Assembly (NCBI GenBank): GCA_964016885.1
Contig: OZ024750.1
Coordinates: 32,860,001 to 32,924,000 of the forward strand
Reading direction: 5' to 3'
Source of the DNA: Eledone cirrhosa
Lineage: Eukaryota
DNA length: 64,000 bases
In this document: piece by piece, positions 12,881 to 24,185 of the stretch
Layout of the letters: every line of letters starts with the position of its first letter
How positions within the stretch are numbered: position 1 is the first letter of the stretch
The notes under the pieces: generated by a model
Databases searched by the model: none
Seen by the model: the letters and a program-made list of their open reading frames with translations, nothing else
Told to the model about the DNA's origin: nothing
Position numbers and translations under genes: made by a program

Positions 12881-13514
12881 GATTGTTATACTTTGGTAGG
12901 GTTATGTTACGAATAAAACACGCGCACCAGTTGTTTTTCATTTCATTTTATTATTATAATTTTCCGTCGGTTAGATTAATAACCCGATGATTGTTTATTT
13001 GTTGACTGTTTATGCTCTTTCATCACACATTCTGTGACCTCTTCAGTGACTTCTTTTGTTGCATTGTGCCTCTTCCTTATTCTTTTTTATACCGTGTTGT
13101 CTTAGTGTTTTATCCACACTTTGGAGAAAATTAACAGTATCTCCTGTAATTAAAGAGGTTGTGATAGATTATAAACATTTATCTTACTAAAAATGTTAAC
13201 GAAAAAATTCCTTCTTTCTTCTATCAAAATTGATAAAAGGCGATATAAACAGACACAGGATCAATGTTTACGACCCGAACAGCGAGTGATCTGTTAAATA
13301 ACTATGTTGAGTTGAACCTAAAAAAAATGCTTATGAAAAATATGCAAGGAAAGTATACTATACCATTAAACGAACGGTGAATTGTGCTGTATATCACTGG
13401 AGTTTCATGAAGATTTAGAATATTTCAAATGCACCGATCTACTGAACACCTAACTGGTGTTAAATGTTTATATGTATATATTATATATTTTCTGGTTACG
13501 CACAAGGCCAACGA

Positions 13515-14120
13515 TTTTTTTCGGAGGAGAACATTGACTGATGGAAAGCAGGAGGCTGAATTAAGTGTAAGGATTGCAAAAGCTAGTGAATTACTGCACC
13601 AGCTCCAACATTCAGTAATCAGAAGGGAGGTAGGTGTAAAAGCCAAACTTGCTGTTTTCAACCCTTAGCTATGGTCATAAATCTTGGGTAATGACTGAAA
13701 TAATACGATCGCGAATACAAGCGGCGAAATGGGATTCTTCCTAAGGGTCTTTGGAGTAACGTTACTCGATAGAGTGCGTAGCTCGGAAATCAGAGTGTGT
13801 CTCCAGGTAGAGCCGCTACTTCTCCAAATTGAGAGATCACAGCTCCGATATTATGGGCATGTGGTTAGAATGTCTCAGGAAAGAATCGCTGGACAGATTT
13901 TACAGAAAACCAGCATGTAGGCGACCCAGGGATAAATCCCGAGCAAGATGGTTGGACAATATCCATGAGCTTGCCTGGTCACGTTTGAGGATCCACGTTT
14001 GGGGATCCAACGAGATCAGTTGGAGACGGTTGCTTCTGACAGGACCCGCTGGAAGGAGTGTTTGAGGATTCTGCCTCCACGATCCTCCTAGTGATAATTG
14101 GGCGAAGAAGGAGAAGAGAA
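13515..14120 (+). mobile_element. RTE-clade LINE 3' fragment (Expander/Rex3-like), disrupted
   Basis: RIAKAS..KAKLAVF, then MGFFLRVFGVTLLDRVRSSEIR..IERSQLRYYGHVVRM and RPRDKSRARWLD: the post-RT thumb region of RTE LINEs; GAAGAA-type tail. Confidence 0.85.
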
Positions 14121-14129
14121 CATCGATTA

Positions 14130-14282
14130 CATTGAATCCAGTGCGTTAGTGCTACTATATATGTTCGATCCCGTAACGATGAAAGGCTAAGCTAACCTCG
14201 GCGGTATTTCAAATCAGAAGGTAAAGAGACGTAGCTCTAGGCTGCGAAGCATGGTTCCCACACTAAGCCGTTTATCCACTGT
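14130..14282 (-). mobile_element. Diverged SINE family B
   Basis: CGATCCCGTAACGATGAAAGGCTAAGCTAACCTCGGCGG core. Confidence 0.7.
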
Positions 14283-14421
14283 TTAATGTTTAGTGTCAAC
14301 TCTGATTTACAGATTCATATTTACAACATGCGATTTTTGTAAATTCACTGAGTCAGTGGATGGCGGCCAAGCTAGACTAAATCTAAACCACTACCTCATT
14401 ATAATTAATGTGTGTGCGTAC

Positions 14422-14564
<143 letters not shown>

Positions 14565-14708
14565 AGGCAGCGAATTGATCGTTAGAACGCCGGATAGAAT
14601 GCTTTGTGGCATAAGTTCCGTCTCCCTGCACACTGAGTCCAAATCCTGCTAAGGTCAACCTTGCATTTTCGAAGTCGATATAAAAGTACCAGTCTAGTAC
14701 TGGTATCG
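14565..14708 (+). mobile_element. Diverged SINE family B
   Basis: GAGTCCAAATCC B box and GTCGATATAAAAGTACCAGT core. Confidence 0.7.
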
Positions 14709-15144
14709 ATTCTTCCTGTATATCTCTTTTTCGTTTCTTCTGAACATCACTCTATCGAAACAGACCTGGAGAGGAAATGGGCTCCACAAGGCTTTGAAAA
14801 AATCTCCCATCCGACTCTGCCTGGAGTTATGGGTTCATACATATATACATATATTTGTTTATACATATATTTGTATTGGTACTCTAACATATCGATATAC
14901 ATTTAAAGGTACGTATTGTATATTGCATAATATACGGAATGTTTATGAAAAACATTTGAAGGCCTTTCGCTATGAATTCTAAGAATGTAACTGTCGTCAC
15001 ATCCTTAAAATTTACAGCAAAAGACCTTCATATGTTTTTCTTAAACATACCGTATATTATTCAATATATGTGTGTGCGTATATATATATATATAAAATAA
15101 AGTAAAATAAAAAGTCAAATGTTTAAAATTTAGCTTCGTTTATT

Positions 15145-15199
15145 ACTGCTATATATATTTCGGTGACAGCCATCTTTGGCTGTGACCTCTTCAGGCAGT
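15145..15199 (-). ncRNA. Type I hammerhead ribozyme motif (Penelope pLTR/retrozyme-like)
   Basis: ACUGC CUGAAGA GGUCACAGCCA-AAGA-UGGCUGUCACC GAAA UAUAUA UA^GCAGU AAUAAA: complete core and all three helices. Confidence 0.88.
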
Positions 15200-15440
15200 C
15201 CGAATTAGTGTGGTATAGACAAGTACATATGTTGTTGAGGTGTATAATTTTGTCTTGTATACCAACACCTAAGTATGCAGGCTGGAGCACTCGACGAAGT
15301 GCGCAGGTTGGTTTGGTTACTCCGGAATACTGTAAAATAAAGTAAAATAAAAAGTCAAATGTTTACATCCAACATATACTCAAAGCCTATATATATATAT
15401 ATATATATATCAAATGTATACAACCAATATATACTCAAAA

Positions 15441-15513
<73 letters not shown>

Positions 15514-15618
15514 TATGATATATAGCTCTGATTGTTTAATTTATTAATTTTTCATTGAGCCACAAAGTGACCGGTTGCAAAACACGTATATGTATGTGTA
15601 TGTATATATATATGTAAA

Positions 15619-15673
<55 letters not shown>

Positions 15674-15678
<5 letters not shown>

Positions 15679-16045
15679 TAAACGGAATAGAAAATGCTGA
15701 CAAATTGTTCACAGTTGAAAAATGGTTTAATTAGGAATAAAAGAGTATTAGTGATTGTATGAGTTAGTATTCAGTTGTGTTTTTAAGTTTTTACCGGTTG
15801 CGCATTTCTAAATGCTTTTCAAAAATAATTTTGAGATAGAGTGTCCGTGTTGTTTGCTCTGATCGGACACTCTATCTTAAAATTATTTTTGAAAAGCATT
15901 TAGAAATGCGCAACCGGTAAAGACTTAAAAACTTAAAACCACAACTGAATACTAACTCATACAATCACTAATACTCTTTTATTCCTAATTAAACCATTTT
16001 TCAACTGTGAACAATTTGTCAGCATTTTCTATTCCGTTTCCCAAT
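15674..16045. repeat. Near-perfect ~175-bp inverted repeat with 16-nt loop, between (TA)n tracts
   Basis: 15674-15847 is the reverse complement of 15864-16045; each arm carries a decayed hammerhead-like motif. Confidence 0.95.
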
Positions 16046-16079
16046 ATATAATAACTTGTGTGTTACACCTCTATTCTTT

Positions 16080-16125
<46 letters not shown>

Positions 16126-16130
<5 letters not shown>

Positions 16131-16314
16131 TCTACTTTTGGCACAAGGCCAGCAATTATCCCAGTGTATTACTGATACTTTATTTTATCGACTCCGTAAG
16201 GATGAAAGGCAAAGTTAACCTCGGCGGGATTTGAACTCAGACCATAAATGGTCGTAACTCTTTGGTGCTAAGTATGACCTCATACCCTCTACCGATACTG
16301 CCAATCCACCACCG
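16126..16314 (-). mobile_element. SINE family B, full length
   Basis: Matches 12488-12680. Confidence 0.9.
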
Positions 16315-16883
16315 TATATATATATATATAATCAGTAGCGCACGGTGGTTATTAACAGAGGCTGTGAACTGTGTTACCGTGTTGAACCTAATAAACTGGC
16401 ATATGTAGTACTCAAAAATAAGTGTGACTAAATAGATATTTTTTTAGTGTGTATTATTAGATTTGAAAATAAATTCCGACCAGACAGTATTATGATACTT
16501 CAAAATAGAAATCTGAAGAAAATCAAATTAACACAGAATATCTGCTGGTAAAATCTCACTATATATGTATATATTAATATTTGATTTGCAAGGTTTTTTT
16601 AATATGAAATCGTGTGTTGAAATAAATAAATATAAAAATGGGGTAGACATTACAATACAACGGGCGGAAATATAATAGTGCCACAGATAATGTCAAAGGT
16701 ATGTGATGAAAGAACTTTGATGGACTATATATATATATAACGGAGGAAATGTGGTAAGGAACCAGGTGGACCATAACTCACCAAAGTACTCAATACTTAG
16801 GGTAGTAGAGTGGGTAATAGGAACGAGTCCAGAATTAGCCGTCGAAACGGCTTGAGCTCAGCCGTCGGGGTTCTACTCGTTCC

Positions 16884-16932
<49 letters not shown>

Positions 16933-16973
16933 CGAAACATAAGTCAATTGCATGAACTCATAATCCTTTATTT

Positions 16974-17029
16974 ACTGCTATATATATTTCGATGATAGCC
17001 ATTGAATGGCTATGACCTCATCAGGCAGT
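16974..17029 (-). ncRNA. Type I hammerhead ribozyme motif
   Basis: ACUGC CUGAUGA GGUCAUAGCCAU-UCA-AUGGCUAUCAUC GAAA UAUAUA UA^GCAGU AAAUAAA; covaries with 15145-15199. Confidence 0.88.
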
Positions 17030-18149
17030 TAGTCAGTTCTTAGATATGCCAGCTCTGTGTTTATAGTGTTGATGGTATCAGAGCCCTGGGACATATGAGC
17101 TTGTTAGGAATAAATTAATGTTGTCAGCAGGAATAGTCTTGATTCCCATTAGTCAGTTTGTAGATGGTAGTAGGGTTGGTATTTGGCCTCAAAGAGGCAG
17201 GTGGTGTTGTAAAGTTCAAACCGTCATGCAAGATGACAATAGTTCCATATGACTGATTTTCACAAAATGCATTCTTGTTAAGATATATATTCAATTAAGG
17301 TTAATAGTATGAAATAGATACTACAGGTCATTCTTAAATTGAGGAATTTATGTGGAGTGGTGCTACTGAAATTTATGGTTGGAGTAGAACATTTACAAAT
17401 AAAACGACTTATGTAGGTTGGCTTGCACTACACTCACAACCACCTCCACAGACACACACATTCACACATACAAAATGTGGGGTGGTAATACTTAATATAA
17501 TGGTTAGAGTCCATTACTTAGATAGTTTAGAAAACTTAGAAATAAAAGGTTTATGCTGGTTGACTTGTACATACGCTTACACCTACCACAACCAGCATAA
17601 ACCTTTTATTTCTAAACCTTTTATTTCCGCTTGATGGCAGTGTGAGATTTCTCATTGTGAGACTGCTGGAATTTCAAATTTGGCGGTCATTCTAGCACGG
17701 AGGGGTACCATCGCTGGACATTAATATCGGTAAGGTTTTTTTATATTGATATTTGTCGGGCATCCACTGATGATTTATAAGTGCCCACCTACATATATTC
17801 CTACGGACCATGTGTAGGCTTCTACATAACCAGGACATTATTTTCCCAATTTGTAGAAAACTTATAATGAAACGATCGTTTGGAAAGAGAGATGCATTTT
17901 AATTATGTCCCATATAAAATAATACAACTGGCTATCCGCAAAATACGTATAGTTAGCACCCCAAACGTATAATTGGGATTATACTAAGGTATATCCAATG
18001 TTTGTTGAGTGAAACGGAAGCCGGTCGGAGTATTGCTTAAAGCTTTCTCTGTTAATGTATTAAATATATATATATATATATTTTAACTATAGAGATATAA
18101 AATATTCCAAAGCGAAAACCAATTCAAACCAATCAGTGAGTGTGTTTTA

Positions 18150-18328
18150 TTATGGCAGTCGTTAGAACGTCGGATAGAATGCTTTCTGCTATTCGTTCCG
18201 GCTATCTGCTCTCTGAGTTCAAATCCGCTGAGGTTAACTTTGTCTTTCATACTTACGGGGTCGATAAAATAAAGTACCAGGAATGCACTGGGCGTAATTG
18301 CTGACCTTGTGCAAAAAGAAGAAACATT
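18150..18328 (+). mobile_element. SINE family B (diverged)
   Basis: GAGTTCAAATCC..GGGGTCGATAAAATAAAGTACCAG. Confidence 0.8.
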
Positions 18329-18436
18329 GTTATTATCTGGCAATATTATAATCATATGACCCTCTCCAAATATAATATATACATATATATATATATTGTA
18401 TATGTGTTTGTGGGTGTGTGTGTGTGTGTATGAATG

Positions 18437-18552
18437 AACGTGGCTTAGTGTTTAGAGCGTTGGGCGGGCGCACAATTCTGAGTTCAGTTCCCAAATTGTT
18501 GTGACCCTGAGCAGGACACTTTATTTAACGTTGCTTCAATTTCGTCAGCTGT
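18437..18552 (+). mobile_element. Old tRNA/CORE SINE 5' fragment
   Basis: TGGCTTAGTG A box, GAGTTCAGTTCC B box, CCCTGAGCAGGACACTTTATTT CORE-like block. Confidence 0.6.
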
Positions 18553-18714
18553 GTGTGACCACCACGCCATGATGGTAATACATTACCAGTGGCATATCTG
18601 GAGACTGTCAATGCTATAACCGTTGCATAACCATGTCATTGAAATGTATATTATGCAATATAACAACTATGTAAAAGTAACTAAGTCTTAACATCATTTA
18701 ATATGGGCGTGACT

Positions 18715-20780
18715 CTACAAACCAGGTCAAACGCCTTGGTGAGGTCGATACAAGAGACATACAGGGGCATGTTCTGTTCCTGCATTTCTCCTGGAATTGG
18801 CGGAGGGAGAAGACCATGTCTACTGTTAATCGCTCGGCTCGGAAACCGCACTGTGATTCTAGGTACACATACTCTGCCAGCTTCTGCAAATCAAGATGAC
18901 CCGTGCGAATACGTTGCCGATGACACTGAGAAGGGAGATGCCCCTGTAGTTAATGCAGTCGTTTCTTTCACATTTGTTCTTGTAGAGGGTGATGATCTTA
19001 GCGTCCCTCATGTCCTGTGTCACAGTACCTTCTTGCCAGCACTGGCAGAGGACCTCATGCAGTGGCCGCAGTAGGATGGTCCTGCATTGCTTGATCAGAT
19101 CTGGAGGACCCCCATCATCATCCAGTGCTTTGTCTGAGCTGTCAACGGCCTTGTTGAGGTCTTTCAAAGTTGGCTCAACATCAAGCTTTTCCATGACAAG
19201 CAGGCACTCAACAGCATCGAGAACCAAGTGGGACATGGTGTTATGTCTGGAGTAGAGATCAGAGTAGTGCTTCACCCATCTCTCCATCTGCTGGTCCCCG
19301 TCAGTTATTACTTCCCCAGTGTTGGATTTAAGGGGAATTATCTTGCTCTGGACCGGTCCCAGTACCTTCTTGATGCAATTGTACATGCCTTTGATGTTCC
19401 CTGTTACGTCAGCTGTTTGGATGTCCTCACTGAACTGTGTTCAGTACTCATTAGTGCAGTGCCTTGCAGTCTGTTGAATCTTGCTTCTGGCAGCCCTGAG
19501 AGTCTGTAGGTTCCTTTCACTGGGCGATCGTTTGTACGCAGCTAGAGCAGCACACCTGGTATCAATGACAGGGGTCATCCTGATGGACTTAGCCTCAAAC
19601 CAGTCATGCAACTTCGAAACCCCCTTTCCAAAGGTAACCAAGGCTGTGCTGTGCATGATGTTTCACAGCATTTCTCACTTCTCTGTGGCAGAGTCCTCAG
19701 GTTGAGAGGTGTAAAGTTCTTTCTTGAGAGCCTCTGCGAATTGCCTGTTGTGCTTGTTCTGCTTGCTACATCTTGCTGACATCAAGGCAAGGATTCCCCT
19801 GTTTCTTGACTCGATGGAGTCTCCTTGGTTGGAACCTGATCTTGCAACACACCAGGGAGTGGTCTGTGTCACAGTCTGCACTGTGGTAGGAGCGTATGGA
19901 GAACGTTCTAGATGGCGATATGTTTGATGTCCAGCTGGTGTCAGTGCTTTGAGCATGGATGTCTCCAGGAAACCTTGTGTTGTGGCTCGGTGTGGAAGTA
20001 GGAGTTGGCGAGGCACAGGTTATGATAAGTGCAAAGATCGAGAAGGTGCTATCCATTGTCCTTCAATTTCCCCACACCAAACTGTCCAAAGCAGGAGGGG
20101 CATGAGTCATGATCCACTCTGGCGTTGAAATCACCAAGGAGAATGAGTTGTTCCCTGTTGGAGATGTTGCTGATAGCGGATGCAAGGTTCTTGTATCCTT
20201 TGTGTCTGACGTGGAGGACAGCATTGGGGTATAACCGCTGACAAGGGTGACGGGACCTGCGGTGGTGTGAAGGCAGATAGTCAGAAGTCACTCTGAGCCG
20301 TCATTCCCTAGTTCTACCATACTCAGCAGGCTGTTCTCCACTGCGAAGCCTACTCCATGCTCTCTGGGCTCGTCCGAGCCCCTCCATTGCCAGCAGAACG
20401 TGTAGTCTTTTTCCTTCAGTGTACTCGAGTTCGCCAGTCACGTTTTCTGAAGGGTGACAATATCCATGTTCAGGCTCTTCAGCTCGGTGTTAATCACAGC
20501 TGTTTTTCTGCAGTCACTGATGTTCAGTATGTTGTTTGAAAGGCCAGTCATCATTGTCCGTACATTCCAAGTTCCCAGGTCTAGAGCTGGTCTCTTTTGT
20601 TGCTTGGTTGATTTACTTGGTGCAAAGGTTGCAGTCTGCTGTTCAGATGAATCCTAATCCTCATGCATGCAATGAGAAAAGTAGACTGAGACGGGACAGC
20701 ACCTTACTGGCTGGGGGCAGCCCAGCTTGAGGCAGGCGATAGCTGTCCAGTGATATCTAAAAATCTCTCCCACAATCGGG
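18715..20780 (-). mobile_element. RTE-clade (BovB-like) LINE, 5' portion: APE endonuclease + RT N-terminus, frameshifted
   Basis: GTWNVRT (~20577), LLGDFNARV, DTDHSLV, DAKIITLYKNK..NYRGISLLS, ESQCGFR..TVDMVFSLRQ across ORF fragments 18698-20291. Confidence 0.9.
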
Positions 20781-20794
20781 ATAAAAAATATTTA

Positions 20795-20867
20795 TGGTAT
20801 AATCCAGTATTCAAATGTACAATAACTACCATTTATCTTCTTTAATCTAATAGATAAGCACTTCCCA
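20795..20867 (+). pseudogene. Penelope-like element ORF remnant (RT/GIY-YIG linker region)
   Basis: WYNPVF..TTI / FFNLIDKHFP with one frameshift; resembles the PLE motif WFNPPY..TNIG..FLxLIDKHFP. Confidence 0.6.
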
Positions 20868-20982
20868 TCCTATTATTTTTCCTCTTAACGCCTGTATACC
20901 TATATTTATATTTTTTATTATTATTTTTTTAAACTTTTATTTTATCTTATTTTATCTTATTTCTTATTTCATTCTGCCTTTC

Positions 20983-21922
20983 ATCTTGTTATTTTTCATG
21001 TTATTGTCTCTACACCTCAGTATAAATATGCTGTATCTGGTTATTTTTCATGTTATTGTCTCTACACCTCAGTATAAATATGCTGTATCTTGTTATTTTT
21101 CATGTTATTGTCTCTACACCTCAGTATAAATGTGCTGTATCTTGTTATTTTTCATGTTATTGTCTCTACACCTCAGTATAAATGTGCTGTATCTTGTTAT
21201 TTGTTCATGTTATTGTCTCTACACCTCAGTATAAATGTGCTGTATCTTGTTATTTTTCATGTTATTGTCTCTACACCTCAGTATAAATGCGCTGTATCTT
21301 GTTATTTTTCATGTTATTGTCTCTACACCTCAGTATAAATGCGCTGTATCTTGTTATTTTTCATGTTATTGTCTCTACACCTCAGTATAAATGCGCTGTA
21401 TCTTGTTATTTTTCATGCTATTGTCTCTACACCTCAGTATAAATGTGCTGTATCTTGTTTTTTTTCATGTTATTGTCTCTACACCTCAGTATAAATGTGC
21501 TGTATCTTGTTTTTTTTTCATGTTATTGTCTCTACACCTCAGTATAAATGTGCTGTATCTTGTTATTTTTCATGTTATTGTCTCTACACCTCAGTATAAA
21601 TGTGCTATATCTTGTTATTTTTCATGTTATTGTCTCTACACCTCAGTATAAATGTGCTGTATCTTGTTATTTTTCATGTTATTGTCTCTACACCTCAGTA
21701 TAAATGTGCTGTATCTTGTTTTTTTTCATGTTATTGTCTCTACACCTCAGTATAAATGTGCTGTATCTTGTTTTTTTTCATGTTATTGTCTCTACACCTC
21801 AGTATAAATGTGCTGTATCTTGTTATTTTTCATGTTATTGTCTCTACACCTCAGTATAAATGTGCTATATCTTGTTATTTTTCATGTTATTGTCTCTACA
21901 CCTCAGTATAAATGCACTGTAT
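20983..21922. repeat. 52-bp minisatellite, ~18 copies
   Basis: Unit ATCTTGTTATTTTTCATGTTATTGTCTCTACACCTCAGTATAAATGTGCTGT; head-to-tail, no spacers. Confidence 0.97.
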
Positions 21923-22350
21923 CGCCAGTTTCAAAACAGTGTTTTGATAATTTGGCTGGTAAAAGCAGTATTTAAAATCGAATGTCACAACAGCACTGCA
22001 GATTTTTAGACACGTCCACCTAATGAAATATGTTAATACTTGGAATGAACCCTACGGTATAGCTTGTCCATGTTATTCTTCATTCCTTCACGATTAATAT
22101 TCCAGGAACAGCTTACCTAGGAACTGTACGAAATCGGCCATCTGAACTCCACAACTAAGTAAACATTTTGTTGAGTCAAACAACGCTGCACGTTAAAATA
22201 ATCAACGCTACAGATTACTCATAACTTCTACTTGGATTACTGGGTTGATTTCTGTATCTTTTATATCTCCATAGTTAATTTATCTGGCAATCAATGTTTA
22301 TCATTGATTGACCAATGGTTAAAAATACAGATATAAATATATATATAGTC

Positions 22351-22394
22351 TATCAAAGTTCTTTCATCACACATCTGTGACATCATCAGTGGTA
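22351..22394 (-). ncRNA. Minimal hammerhead ribozyme motif (second family)
   Basis: UACCA CUGAUGA U GUCACA-GAUG-UGUGAU GAAA GAAC UU^UGAUA; decayed homologue with shared flank at ~16635-16727 (+) and a related core at 13018-13046 (-). Confidence 0.6.
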
Positions 22395-22442
22395 CTATTA
22401 TGTTTCCTCCTATTGTATTGTAATGCCTACGCCATTTTTATT

Positions 22443-22489
<47 letters not shown>

Positions 22490-22827
22490 TGTATTTATTC
22501 ATTCTAGTCTCTGTCTCTGTTTGCACATGCAAACGCACACACACACACATATATATATATTTAGGATATGCGTAAACGAAACATCAAGGAAAACAATGCT
22601 TCATCTATTGTAAGAGAGCTTATTTAGTATAAATAAAATTTCATACACTTAAAATGTATGCACAATCATTGGTGTTGGGGTCCTGTTATGTCCACCACTG
22701 TAATTTATTAAAATAATTGTTTCTTATTTCCAGAACCTGCAATTAAGGGTATGTGTACAAAAATCTTGTTTTACTGTTTAGCTTGTATTCTTCCTTGTGA
22801 AGACTTTGGCATAATTTAAAGTATGTT

Positions 22828-23172
22828 TCATCATCATCATCATCATCATTTTTACGTCCGCTTTTCCCTGCTTGCAAGGGTGGGACAGGAACTGATTCTG
22901 GCTTGATTTCTACAGCTGGATGCCCTTCCTAATACCAACCTCATTTACAGTGTGTGCTGGGTGTTTTTTTGCCGTGGTACCTCCACGACCACTTTGCAGT
23001 GGAATGATAGGGACCCCAGTCCCTATCATCTCATTTCTACAGTTGAGTAAACTGGAGCAATGTGAAATAAAGTGTCTTGCTCAAGGAAATAACACATCAC
23101 CCGGTCTGAGATTTGAACTCACAACCTTTCGATTACAAGGCCAATGCTCTAACCACTAAGCCATGTGCCTCC
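22828..23172 (-). mobile_element. SINE family A, full length
   Basis: Near-identical to 1871-2219. Confidence 0.9.
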
Positions 23173-23197
23173 ATATATATATATATAAACATAGTTT

Positions 23198-23309
<112 letters not shown>

Positions 23310-23359
23310 GTACACACATGCAAAATATTGTTAAGACAGAGTTAAATTTAAATAATTGT

Positions 23360-23588
23360 TTTATTGCATAGTATATATTTCAATGACATGGTTATGCAAT
23401 GTTTATACTATTGATAGTCTCCATCTCACATCATCAGAAGCTCATACAATTATGAATCGTAGATATGCTGGTATGCAGATATGCCACTGGGAATATTACC
23501 ATCCTGGTATGATGTAACTACGCCTGATATTCGTATGAGCATCTGATGATGTCACATGGAGACTGCCAATGATATAACATTGCATAAC
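23360..23588. mobile_element. Inverted-repeat pLTR-like element with a long-stem-II hammerhead remnant
   Basis: 23391-23447 pairs with 23533-23588. Minus arm reads CUGAUGA..CCAUGUCAUU GAAA UAUAUA CU AUGC AAUAAA (U16.1 mutated). Homologous fragment at ~18575-18670. Confidence 0.6.
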
Positions 23589-23762
23589 TGTTTCCTAAAA
23601 TAGAAACTCTGTCACACCTAATCACCAACTTTTTGCTGAGGATACATTACTGCTTTTAGACTGCTTAAACTGTTTTATCCTCACAGCATTACAACATAAC
23701 CTCCACAAACAAGTACAACATAACCTCCACAAACAAGAACCCTAATTATCTTCACTAACCCC

Positions 23763-23794
<32 letters not shown>

Positions 23795-23795
<1 letters not shown>

Positions 23796-24185
23796 CATCA
23801 TCATCATCATCATCGTTTAACGTCCATCTTCCACGCTTGCATGGGTTTGGACAGGAGTTTTCCCACTTGAGGCAAGAGTGGTTGTCTTGCTCGCATAGGA
23901 CTGTCTGGCAGGTTTTCTATGGCTGGATGCCCTTCCTAACACCAACCACGTTTACAGTGTGGACTGGGAGGATTTTACCGTGTTACCTACACGGCCACAT
24001 TACAGCGTGGACTGTGTGTTTTTTTGTCATGACACCTACACGACCTCATTTGTTTCGGCCTGGATGTTGGTACCAACATAACTTTACATTGAAAGGGGTG
24101 GTGTGGATGGGGTGTGGGTAGTGGGACAGGGGTGTATTTTGTTAGAGGTGCCTACTGACTGTAGTAGGTTTCACTTTGTACTTAG
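23795..24185 (-). mobile_element. SINE-like family C (RTE-type tail, no evident tRNA head)
   Basis: Three ~390-bp copies (also 26345-26725 and 57062-57465); shares the GGAAGGGCATCC block with family A; ends GGACGTTAAACG(ATG)n. Confidence 0.8.

Noticed and set aside
20983-21922. CRISPR-like array
   Set aside because: Head-to-tail 52-bp units with no unique spacers, no cas genes, eukaryotic context.
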